This document shows positions 22,700 to 33,702 of a stretch of 38,272 bases of DNA, in pieces. The stretch is from Dimorphilus gyrociliatus. Its lineage: Eukaryota > Animalia > Annelida. The position numbers and the translations under genes were made by a program. Below the pieces are notes generated by a model. That model saw nothing but the letters and a program-made list of their open reading frames with translations, searched no databases and was not told where the DNA came from. Position 1 is the first letter of the stretch. Every line of letters begins with the position of its first letter. The DNA is taken from contig CAJFCJ010000121.1 of assembly GCA_904063045.1 (NCBI GenBank), positions 1 to 38,272 of the forward strand. Direction: 5' to 3'.

Positions 22700-23334
22700 A
22701 TGGCAGAAGGAGGAAATGGAAATGCCACTGGGGCAGTTACAGACTCTAACCCTTCAACCCCAGCAACTCCAACAATTACAATTCAGCCAGCAGGAATGTC
22801 AGAAAGGCAACAAAGACTAATTGAAGACTATGATAGATTGGTGAGTGAAATGAAAAGAAATCGAATCACAATTCCAACAGATCATGGACATGGAACACAT
22901 CACCCAGCACAGAACCCAAATGTTGATATCACAACAGTTATTCAAGCATTAAGGGCTGCTTGGGACTGCCCTCAAAGAACTATTCTCAAGTTGTATGATG
23001 GAAGCAAGAGTGTTCAAAATTCAAGGAAGACTTTAATCAGGCATGTTATGCTTATGGTTGGATTGGTGAAGATGTTGTGAAAGCAAATCTTTTAGATTAT
23101 TTAACTGGTCCTGCAAAGGATTTGGTGTTGGCTCTGGATGGAGAGCCTACTGTGGAGGAAATATGGAAAGCCCTCCATGATGAATTTGATCTGGATCCTT
23201 TGGAGTATCAAGAGAAATTGCTTAACTTAAAGCAAATGAATGGCGAAAGTGTGGTTCAGTTTGTTAATAGAGCAAAGAAATTAATAAAGAGGTTTTCTCT
23301 GCCTAGACCATTTACTCAAATACATATTCTTTGA
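22700..23334 (+). pseudogene. gag: Retrotransposon gag, frameshifted and 3'-truncated
   Basis: Joining the two ORFs at CAAAATTC (near 23018) gives YDGSKSVQ-FKEDFNQACYAYGW..KANLLDYLTGPAKD..LKQMNGESVVQFVNR, which is Ty3/gypsy capsid-like. Confidence 0.75.
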
Positions 23335-23542
23335 ATGAAATACTGGTGTTTGTTGGTTAATTTTTACTGGAATTACATTTATTAAGACTACTTGTGGACG
23401 AACTTGAAAGGTTCTATTTGGACCAGTACTTTGGCACATTGGTAAATGATTGGAGAGGACAAATTTAATAGTGACGAACTAGGACTTCCTACAATTACAA
23501 TACAACAAAGTACAAGGACACAGGAGAATTTGTTTTAACAAC

Positions 23543-24165
23543 AGGGTTAGAGTTAGGTCTTGGGGTTAGGGATTAGCACAATCAGTACAGACTGGTAATC
23601 CCAAAAGTGCACACACACTTATAACCCTACTCAGCCAATAACTAGCCCTATTAATTTTCATTCACTGTCAATTTCTCTCTGTATCTCCAATAGGAGATAA
23701 AAAACTACTATCCTGATCATCCCCCACCCAGCTATTGGCCATGGTGAGAATTGTGTCATTGCTGTTGTCCAGGCTCTCTATGTTATTCACAATAGAGAAT
23801 TTGTTTTGTGGTTTATTGAAGACTGTTTTAATATGCCACCATGGGGATGGCCAACATTCTAATAGATTCAGAGTGTTGGTATTGTCCTCTTGAGGTGGAC
23901 CTTCAGTTCTTCCCTTTACTATAAGGCTACCCAATGATATCCCCAGTTTCAAGGCAATAATAGGCCTAATCGCTTTCAGTGGACTGTCATCATTAAGAGC
24001 ACTCCAGTGGTCCTTAAGTATTCTATTTACTTTATACCAAGGACTTGGATGGTAGACCACTAGTGGTACTATAGTAGTACTGTAGCAACCATGATCCTCA
24101 TTTAAGCCATAAGGAGTAACTGTATTAGCCTCTTTGATGTACCTTGCTTCCAAAGTCTGTAGGGT
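23543..24165 (-). mobile_element. 3' fragment of a Penelope-like element (GIY-YIG end, 3' UTR, telomere-complementary tail)
   Basis: LQTLEARYIKEANTVTPYGLN is a PLE GIY-YIG C-terminal motif, followed by PLVVYHP..ILKDHWSAL..PIIALKLGISLGSLIV. The tail is CCCTAACCCCAAGACCTAACTCTAACCCT at 23543-23571. Confidence 0.72.
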
Positions 24166-24202
24166 GGTTCAGGGACAGTTCGCCCCTGGACAGTTCGCCC
24201 CA
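24166..24202 (+). mobile_element. Isolated MULE terminal repeat
   Basis: GGTTCAGGGACAGTTCGCCCCTGGACAGTTCGCCCC is identical to the end at 27315. Confidence 0.75.
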
Positions 24203-24570
24203 GTGTTTTTATGGTAATATTCAAACAAAAGTTTATTAAATTCATTCCAAGGTTTTTCAGTAGCATCTCCAAAATGTTTATGCCATGTCATATTTGCTAT
24301 AGCCTGAATAGTTTGGGATGCCTGTGTAATAATAACAAATTGTCTTGTGTCAATATACAAATTTAATTCATGATTATTCCATATGAATTCTTTCAAAAAA
24401 ACATGTATATCATATCTGAAGTCTGTAACTACTTTTTTTCTATATGAACACTGTCTATTCATTTTTACAAATGTATCCTCTAAGCCCATGGATGAATAAG
24501 GATGAATGAAACCAATTAAAGGTGGAACCATTTCTAGAACTTTCAATTGTGTTAAAAGGTTACTTTGCAT
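24203..24570 (-). pseudogene. Unknown ORF truncated by the MULE terminus
   Basis: About 122 codons run without a stop into the TIR. Confidence 0.3.
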
Positions 24571-25044
24571 TGTTCAAACTTTGAAATTGTGAACTGTTAA
24601 ACTCTTAGGAAAGTATATAAACCCTTAGAATTTAACAGTTGTTAGCTTAGTTTTCTAACCTCTTTGATATTTTTAATACTGTTCTACTTTTACTTTCTAT
24701 TTTAGGGAGAATATATTATCTTCAATCAATTTCTTTTAAATTAATTATTATTTTTATCTATTTAGCATTTTATTTTTAAACTCAAAATTCTGACAGCTAA
24801 GTATTTTACCAATGATAAATTTGACAAAATCAGTGGGCAGAAGTATATAACCACATTATAACATTGTTTATGATTTAGCAAGTCCAATCTCTATGGTTAT
24901 CATAAGAGTTATGCCTTTAACCACTGTTATAACCATATATGTTTTAAAGACAATAGTTGTAGTTATAACAATATTATAACCACAAAATTCTAATAGCTAT
25001 GTGCTTTTTTCTATTAATAACTGAGTGTCTGTGTATAATATTTT

Positions 25045-25941
25045 ATGTTTAAGTATAGTTCAAACAGAACAAAGGAAGCAATAGATAAAACTATTGGAAC
25101 AACAATGAAAACCATTTGGAAAGGACTTGAACAATCATCAAGTACATTAAAATTTATTGATTTCCAGAAATGCTGTATGACAGAAAAAGATGGTCAAAAA
25201 CTTGGAAATCTCCTCAAAAAATGTTCTCAAATAGAAACAATAAGTTTATCAAAATGTTGGCATACCAAAGATGGATTTTTTAATATTTGTGATGGACTTG
25301 AAAAATCATCAAATACATTAAAATTTATTGATTTCAATGACTGTTGTTTGAATGAAGAGCAATGTTCAGCACTTGGAAATTTGCTCAAAAAATGTTCTAA
25401 AATAGAAACAATAAATATATCAAGAAGTTCAGATATCAGTAATGGATTTATTGCTCTTTGTGATGGACTTGAACAATCATCAAATACATTAAGGGTTTTT
25501 GATTTCAGTGGCTGCTGTTTGAATGAAGAGCAATGTTCAACATTGGGAAATTTGCTCAAAAAATGTTCTAAAACAGAAACAATAGATATATCAGGAAGTT
25601 GGTTTACAAGAAATGCAATTATTGCTATTTTTGATGGACTTGAACAGTCATCAGATGCATTAAAGTTTATTAATTTAAACTGTTGCTATTTAAATGAAAA
25701 GGAAAGTAGAGCACTTGGAAATTTTCTTAAAAAATGTTTTAAAATAGAAAAAATAAATTTATCAGGAAATCCATGTATGGGAAATGGATTTATTGCTATT
25801 TGTAATGGACTTAAACAATCATCCAATACATTAAGGCTTTTTGATATCAGTTGCTGTGATATGAATGATGAAGAGATTTCAAACCTGAAAAGTGTTTTTC
25901 CAAATGTTTGCTTAGCTGAAACATTCTCATTGGATGACTAG
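25045..25941 (+). CDS. RNI-like/NLR-type leucine-rich-repeat protein
   Basis: About five 56-aa repeats (TLKFIDF..CCLNEEQCSALGNLLKKCSKIETINIS..NGFIAICDGLEQSS) in a single exon. The N-terminus may lie in a missing exon. Confidence 0.8.
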   Translation: MFKYSSNRTKEAIDKTIGTTMKTIWKGLEQSSSTLKFIDFQKCCMTEKDGQKLGNLLKKCSQIETISLSKCWHTKDGFFNICDGLEKSSNTLKFIDFNDCCLNEEQCSALGNLLKKCSKIETINISRSSDISNGFIALCDGLEQSSNTLRVFDFSGCCLNEEQCSTLGNLLKKCSKTETIDISGSWFTRNAIIAIFDGLEQSSDALKFINLNCCYLNEKESRALGNFLKKCFKIEKINLSGNPCMGNGFIAICNGLKQSSNTLRLFDISCCDMNDEEISNLKSVFPNVCLAETFSLDD

Positions 25942-26249
25942 TGTGCACTTAGATATAGTAATACATCAAAACTTAGACATTAGCAATAAGGGTAGATTAG
26001 GAAGACTTCTATTTCATAGGAATTACATTGGTGCAACTTTAGAAAAACTTTTAATTCAAGAGTTAGCTTTTAGTACTTTAGAAAGAACTCTATTTTGCAA
26101 TATCATTCATCAACTGGTATTGATTTAGTTTATTGAATATTACAAGATTATACATTTTTTAATAACCCTTCTTTCCAGTGAGTTATTAGTTACAATTTTT
26201 GTATTGGCAGCCATATTTGATATTTGAAAGTGAATTTATTTTTGCAGAA

Positions 26250-27314
26250 ACTTAGTAATGGCACCTGTTTGTATTAATTGTAATAAAAGATTTTATGGCA
26301 GACAGAGAAAGATGAAATGCAGTGACTGCCAAGATTATGTCCATGCCAAATGCATCAAAGGTCTGTCTCTTTATATGTTTTTATTAAATTATTCACTTTT
26401 ATCATTTTCAATTTAGAATCTGAAAGAGTATTTTGCAATAATTGTGCAGAAAAGTTCAGGATTGAAGAAATTACATGTTCACTTTGTCATCATATCTGTA
26501 AAGGTGATATTTACTATGTAAAAACATACATTTATTTAACTTTGCTTAATATTACAGAAATGAAAGATGATAAGTGTTCTTCATGCAAAACTTTGAGTGA
26601 AAGATATTGTCTCATTAGTTTATCAGATGTGATTAATGATGATCCCACTGTAAAAGCTGCTCTGAGTTGTACTCATAATAACATGGTTAAAGACAATTGT
26701 AGTCTTAATGAAATTAACAATACTTCTAATATGGAGGAAAATTTATTGCATGAAAATGAAACTGAAAATAATGAGAATACTGAAAGCTCAGACAAATTTC
26801 ATATTATTATTGGTGGAAGTCGAAAAGGGAAAGATATTTTGACCAACAATGGCTATGCTTTTAATATAAAGTCTAGAAGTGACAAGAGAACCATCTGGAG
26901 ATGTTCTGTTAGAAATAAGAATATTCAATGTCCAGTTATTATTCAACAAAAAGGAAATATTTTCATAAAGAGTAAACATGAACACAATCATAACAAAAGG
27001 AAAAGCCTTATTGTGAATATTTCTGCTAGAAAAGAATTGAGAGCAATCTGTAATGCAGACATCAGGTCATCTGGAAGAGCAATTGCTGAAGATCTATTAA
27101 TTAATTTAAATCAAAGTGAAAATAACCTACCAAAACTGGAAAATCTGAGGAGATTAGCTAATATCAATAGGCAAAAATCAAGGCCTAAAGAACCAAACGA
27201 AATTGATTTTGAACTTAATACAACATTTATACCAGATGATTTTCTTCAAAGTGATATTGTTGTAAGAAATCAAAGAGTTTTATTATTTGCTTCTAAGCAC
27301 CAGCTATCTTTATT
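26250..27314 (+). pseudogene. 5' half of a PHD-FLYWCH-MULE transposase
   Basis: CINC..C..C..HAKC PHD exon, FLYWCH (GSRKGKDILTNNGYAFNIK..WRCSVRNK..C..HEH) and FIPDDFL..VLLFASKHQLSLL. It stops at the TIR at 27315, before the DDE domain. Confidence 0.8.
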
Positions 27315-30300
27315 GGTTCAGGGACAGTTCGCCCCTGGACAGTTCGCCCCAGGACAGTTCGCGCCATTTTAGAGACAGTTCGCCCCATTTTAAGGGACAG
27401 TTCGCCCTATTTTAGGAGACAGTTCGCCCCATATGTTAAAGGATAGCTGACATACTTTTTTGCTCTTCTTTATAACTTTTGAAGATAAGATATGAGATAT
27501 AAATGATAAATGAATGATATTTAGTAATTCTATTTGTATTATCAAGATGGAAATAACTAAGAAAACAAGTACATGATGTAAAATGTAAAATGAAATGTTA
27601 TGCAATATTCAACTGAACTAAATGATTCAAAAGATCATCTAGACTAATTTCCCTCTTTTCAAACTTATCCCAGTAGCTGAAAATATCAAACTGTAGATAT
27701 GGTGTAGTGACATTTCGGCCCAGGACATTTCAGCCCACTTTGGGACATTTTGGCCCAGGACATTTCGGCCCACTTTGGGACATTTCAGCCCACTTTGGGA
27801 CATTTCGGCCCACTTTGGGACATTTCCGCCTAAAATATTTCACCCCATGTTAGAAAAATAACATTTTAGATTTTGAAAAGGCTATATGGATGGCACTTAA
27901 AGACCAGTTTCCTAATTCTGACCTTCAAGGATGCTCTTTTCATTTCAAGCAAGCAATTTTGAGAAACATTCAGGTAGATTAAACAATACTGCAAACAATT
28001 AAATATTCATAGGAAATTTTTTGTTAGAAACTTGGATACATTAATGATTATAAAGAAAATGAATATAAAGGGAAAATGTTACAAAAATTGATGTGTTTGG
28101 CCTATCTTCCAGCAAAATTTATTGAACAAAAGTTTTTTCAAATAAAAGAAGAACTTTGTGAAAAGAAATTCTTTTCAGATTTGCTTGATTATATTGAAGA
28201 AACATTTATTAAAAGCAGCATTTGGCCTCCTAAATTCTGGTCTGTCTATCAATTGGCTGTGAGAACAAACAATCATGTTGAGGCATGGCATTCCAGGCTT
28301 AACAAAAACTTGAACATGGATGAGAACTTGTATTCCCTCATAAAAGAATTAAGAAGAGAAGCTGAGTTAGTAGAGATCTTTGAAAAGTTATTGTCCGAGA
28401 AAAAGTTAAGAAAGATACAAAAGAAGAAGTATCAAGATTTACAATTCAAAATATTTCAGTTGTGGAGTAAATTTGAAGAAAGAGAACTGAGTTTGGATGA
28501 ATTATTGGATGGACTTGTACATTTAAATATTTTTTAAAAGTTAACATTTCTTACTCTGCATTTTTGTTATTGTATGTTATATCATTCTTTTACTGTTTTG
28601 AAATTGTTTCCTTTCTTATTGAAAAAATAAACATAATCCATCATAAAATGGAAAGTTATATTCTTGAATATTAATGCTCTAAAATGGGCCAAAATGTCCT
28701 GGGCCGAAATGTCCTGGGCCGAAAATGCCCCAAAGTGGGCCGAAATGTCCAAAGTGGGCCGAAATGTCCCAAAGTGGGCCGAAATGTCCAAAGTGGGCCG
28801 AAATGTCCAAAAAGTGGGCCGAAATGTCCTGGCCCCTGTAGATATTCATATTTTTTTCTCTGCATTTTCTTCAACTTTTTCTCAGATAGCTGTATCTTAT
28901 AAACTTGTACCAACTCTGCTTCCCTTGCCAGCTCTTGTACCAAATTATACAAATTTCCATTTGCTTGTAAAGATTTATTCAATCTTGAGTGCCATCCCTC
29001 AACATTGTTGTTTGTCCTCACTGCCAATTGATAGATAGACCAATACTTTTGCTTCCATATTTTGCTATTGATATATGTTTTTTCAATATAATCCAAAAGA
29101 TCACTGTACACATTTTCTTCCAACAGCTTCATCTTTATTTCATAAAACTTTGAAGTGATGAATTCTTGGGGCAGATAAGGTAGACACATCAACTTTCTTA
29201 GCATTTTTCCATAATGACTCTTCTCATTATAATCATTTATATAGCCAAGTTTCTAGTGTTATACAAAGTATGAGAGGTATATTAAAAAGAGTTAAACATC
29301 AAACTATACCTGTATATTTCGAAGGATTGATTGCTTGAAATGAAAACAACATCCTTGTAAGTCAACTCCTGAAAAAACTTGTGTTACTGCAGTCCAAAGA
29401 CCTTTCTCAAAATCTAAAACAACTTTTTGTAGTTTTCTGTCACTTATTAAACAATCTACCGCCTATGAATGAAAAAACAAACATTCATTTCTTTTAAGAT
29501 ATATATAATAATTTTACCTTGAAAACTTCAATGTAATGCTTCCTCTTCTTTCCACTCATTAAAATAAATAAAAGTGGAACTTGAAGATATTCACCATTGT
29601 TTTTAATGAAGCCATGAATAGAGAATAGTTGATAGAATGGCTCTTTAACCACTTTAAAAGTCCCATCAATAAACCATATTTTACACTTAGCCAACAATTC
29701 CAATTGATATTTAGTTCCAAATATGATGCTTCTATGTTTTTCGCCTTGTATGTCTTTTAAAAAGAAATTATTTGGGATCTGATCCATTTCTAGTTCAAAA
29801 AATAAGTTATCTGGGTGTTTTGGCTTTTGATTTTCTTTATATCTGTTTGCTGATCTTTTAATTGATTCAATTTGAGGCAAAGAATTAGCATTGTCTCTAA
29901 AGTCCATTGCAACATCTTCAGCCAATCTTTTTCCAGACCTTTCACTTCTTTCCAAAATGAGTTTCTTTAAATGTACTCTTGCTTTGATTCTTTGTTCCAG
30001 ACTCTTTTCATTATTAAAATGAGTATGATCTTTTTTCACAATGAATCTTGAACCTTTTTGGATAATGTATGTTGTACAGCTTTGTGTTTTTGATCTCTGA
30101 GTACATTTCCAAGTTTTAGATGTTTTTGTAGTATTCTTAATTGTGTATGAGAAGTTCTTATGTAATAAAATATCTTTTCCTTTCCTACTTCCTCCTTCTA
30201 TTATTTGAAAAGTATCAACATTTTCAGCATCAGAACTGACTTCCTGACTTTTATTGAATGAAATTTCATCATGTACATCAATTCTTCTTTCTTGATCATT

Positions 30301-31109
30301 ATCTGATGAATGACTTCTTCCTTCCTCATTTTCCACAAAGTTATTTTCAAAATCAAATGATAATGTTAACTGTAAGCAGAATTTCATGTTAATAATTGGA
30401 GAAAGATTAAGTTTAATACATCACCTGATTTTCTTCCTGAAAGGTTTTATTAACAGTAGACATATGTTTAGGACTACTTTTATCAAATCCATTTTCTTCC
30501 ATCATTTGATCTACTCTTCTTATTCTGATAACAACTTGTTGTTTTGTAATATTGAAACAATCAACACAATAATCAGCATCTGCTTTATAAAAAAATTCAT
30601 TGAAATAAATGAAAAAAAATAAATTTGATTACCTTTTGAGCACTTTTGGTGATAAAAGTGTTTACATAATTTGCATCTTATTTTTTGCTGATTCCAATAA
30701 AATTTCCTCATACAACACCAACAGGTTTTTAAATTCATTTTTACACCAATCAATTCAATAGTTAAACCAATCTCTGTAAAGTATCATTCAAAATAATAAA
30801 ACTTCATTTAATTCAAAAGACTTTTCCTTCAGAGGAACAGGAAATAGATTTGTAAAAAAATCTGGTAACAGTAACATTAATGAGGTATGTTTTGCTGAGA
30901 ATATCAAAGATATAAAAATAACAGTAAAATAACAAATAACAAAATGTAATAAGTAGAACATCACTCTTTCCCTGCTGAAATCTTGAAAGGGACAAAGTAT
31001 CCCTGAAATGGGGCGAACTGTCCCCCAAAATGGGGCGAACTGTCCCTAAAATGGGGCGAACTGTCTCTAAAATGGGGCGAACTGTCCAGGGGCGAACTGT
31101 CCTGACCCC
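27315..31109 (-). mobile_element. Mutator-like element with GGACAGTTCGCCC subterminal repeats; transposase interrupted
   Basis: Inverted repeat arrays at 27315-27430 and 31010-31109. The spliced PHD-FLYWCH-DDE gene runs on the minus strand from ~30750 to the stop at 27598 and is split by the 27701-28836 insertion. No TSD found. Confidence 0.8.
27701..28836 (+). mobile_element. Internally deleted MULE nested in the previous element
   Basis: 9-bp TSD TGTAGATAT at 27692-27700 and 28837-28845; GGACATTTCGGCCCAC arrays at both ends. It holds only the C-terminal transposase half (DFEKAIW..GCSFH..RTNNHVEAWH). Confidence 0.88.
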
Positions 31110-31134
31110 AAGCAGGGCATAGGTAGTAACAGGA

Positions 31135-31350
31135 GGGGGGGGCAACAGAAAATGTCCCCAAGTGAGATTTTTGAAAGCAACGTTTCGGATTGCAAAATGG
31201 TTAGGGTGAGTGAAGTAGCCATTGATTTGTAGTTAGGGGGGGGGGGGTTCCTTCTAAGGGTCAAGGGTAATCAAAAAGGTTAGGGAGTGACAAGGGCTAG
31301 GTTAGGGTTAGGGTTAAATCATGCATTTGGGGACGTTTTCTGTCGTAACC
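31135..31350. mobile_element. Mutator-type MITE containing telomere-like repeats
   Basis: Flanked by direct repeats AGTAACAGGA (31125-31134 and 31351-31360), with inverted repeat ACAGAAAA(T/C)GTCCCCAA and an internal GGTTAGGGTTAGGGTT. Confidence 0.7.
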
Positions 31351-31830
31351 AGTAACAGGAATTCAGTCATGAATCAACCCTCTTAGTGAACAGGTCAAGT
31401 ATTACTTAAGGATACAGTTATATTATTCTTACAATTTGGTTCTATATCCCTCCCCCTTCAATTCTACATCTCTCTTCTAAGTGGCTTACCTGTACTTACC
31501 TACAACCCCACAGCAGGAAAGTACAATCCCATTAAAAGTTATTTGATAATACTTTGTTTGGAGTTTTTAAGACAATTTTATTTTTTTCACTCTACCAAAT
31601 GCATGACAATATTAGTTGTGATGAGTAGAGAAGTTGCTAAGTGAAATAGGTTGTAGCTTGATTTTAGATTGAAAAATGTTTAAAAAGAATAATTATTATT
31701 AGAAAAGTTAGAGTTGTTAAAAGTTAAATTCCTTCAAAAATGAGTAATTAAAAAACTCATTAACTTTATTAAATTAACTCTATAAGCAGTCCTGATGATC
31801 AACTGTCTAAGGATTAAGTAAGTATACTAG

Positions 31831-33701
31831 AAGTCATCTTCCTGGGCATCATCTCTATAGCAGTCATCTTCCTGGGGATCATCTCTATAGCAGTCATGTT
31901 CCTGGGGATCATCTCTATAGCAGTCATGTTCCTGGGGATCATATCCACAAAAGTCATCTTCCTGGGGATCATATTCACAAAAGTCATCTTCCTGGAGATC
32001 ATCTCTATAGCAGTCATCTTCCTGGGGATCATCTCTATAGCAGTCATGTTCCTGGGGATCATCTCTATAGCAGTCATGTTCCTGGGGATCATATCCACAA
32101 AAGTCATCTTCCTGGGGATCATATCCACAAAAGTCATCTTCCTGGAGATCATCTCTATAGCAGTCATCTTCCTGGGGATCATCTCTATAGCAGTCATGTT
32201 CCTGGGGATCATCTCTATAGCAGTCATGTTCCTGGGGATCATATCCACAAAAGTCATCTTCCTGGGGATCATATTCACAAAAGTCATCTTCCTGGAGATC
32301 ATCTCTATAGCAGTCATCTTCCTGGGGATCATCTCTATAGCAGTCATGTTCCTGGGGATCATCTCTATAGCAGTCATGTTCCTGGGGATCATATCCACAA
32401 AAGTCATCTTCCTGGGGATCATATCCACAAAAGTCATCTTCCTGGAGATCATCTCTATAGCAGTCATCTTCCTGGGGATCATCTCTATAGCAGTCATGTT
32501 CCTGGGGATCATCTCTATAGCAGTCATGTTCCTGGGGATCATATCCACAAAAGTCATCTTCCTGGGGATCATATCCACAAAAGTCATCTTCCTGGAGATC
32601 ATCTCTATAGCAGTCATCTTCCTGGGGATCATCTCTATAGCAGTCATGTTCCTGGGGATCATCTCTATAGCAGTCATGTTCCTGGGGATCATATCCACAA
32701 AAGTCATCTTCCTGGGGATCATATCCACAAAAGTCATCTTCCTGGAGATCATCTCTATAGCAGTCATCTTCCTGGGGATCATCTCTATAGCAGTCATGTT
32801 CCTGGGGATCATCTCTATAGCAGTCATGTTCCTGGGGATCATATCCACAAAAGTCATCTTCCTGGGGATCATATTCACAAAAGTCATCTTCCTGGGGATC
32901 ATATCCACAAAAGTCATCTTCCTGGGAATCATCTCTATAGCAGTCATCTTCCTGGGGATCATATCCACAAAAGTCATCTTCCTGGGGATCATATCCACAA
33001 AAGTCATCTTCCTGGAGATCATCTCTATAGCAGTCATCTTCCTGGGGATCATCTCTATAGCAGTCATGTTCCTGGGGATCATCTCTATAGCAGTCATGTT
33101 CCTGGGGATCATATCCACAAAAGTCATCTTCCTGGGGATCATATTCACAAAAGTCATCTTCCTGGAGATCATCTCTATAGCAGTCATCTTCCTGGGGATC
33201 ATCTCTATAGCAGTCATGTTCCTGGGGATCATCTCTATAGCAGTCATGTTCCTGGGGATCATATCCACAAAAGTCATCTTCCTGGGGATCATATCCACAA
33301 AAGTCATCTTCCTGGAGATCATCTCTATAGCAGTCATCTTCCTGGGGATCATCTCTATAGCAGTCATGTTCCTGGGGATCATCTCTATAGCAGTCATGTT
33401 CCTGGGGATCATATCCACAAAAGTCATCTTCCTGGGGATCATATCCACAAAAGTCATCTTCCTGGAGATCATCTCTATAGCAGTCATCTTCCTGGGGATC
33501 ATCTCTATAGCAGTCATGTTCCTGGGGATCATCTCTATAGCAGTCATGTTCCTGGGGATCATATCCACAAAAGTCATCTTCCTGGGGATCATATTCACAA
33601 AAGTCATCTTCCTGGAGATCATCTCTATAGCAGTCATCTTCCTGGGGATCATCTCTATAGCAGTCATGTTCCTGGGGATCATCTCTATAGCAGTCATGTT
33701 C
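31831..33701. repeat. 30-bp minisatellite with a 150-bp higher-order repeat
   Basis: Units ATCTCTATAGCAGTCAT(C/G)TTCCTGGGGATC and ATAT(C/T)CACAAAAGTCATCTTCCTGG(G/A)GATC in a 3+2 pattern, about 62 units, ending at the N. Confidence 0.95.
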
Positions 33702-33702
33702 N
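33702..33702. other. Assembly gap or ambiguous base
   Basis: A single n sits at an abrupt change of sequence type. Confidence 0.8.

Noticed and set aside
1246-30622. Many 60-110-aa ORFs antisense to or overlapping longer genes and repeats (e.g. 1246, 4168, 6178, 20657, 21184, 25227, 26788, 28664)
   Set aside because: These are shadow frames of real ORFs, TIR arrays or low-complexity AT-rich DNA.
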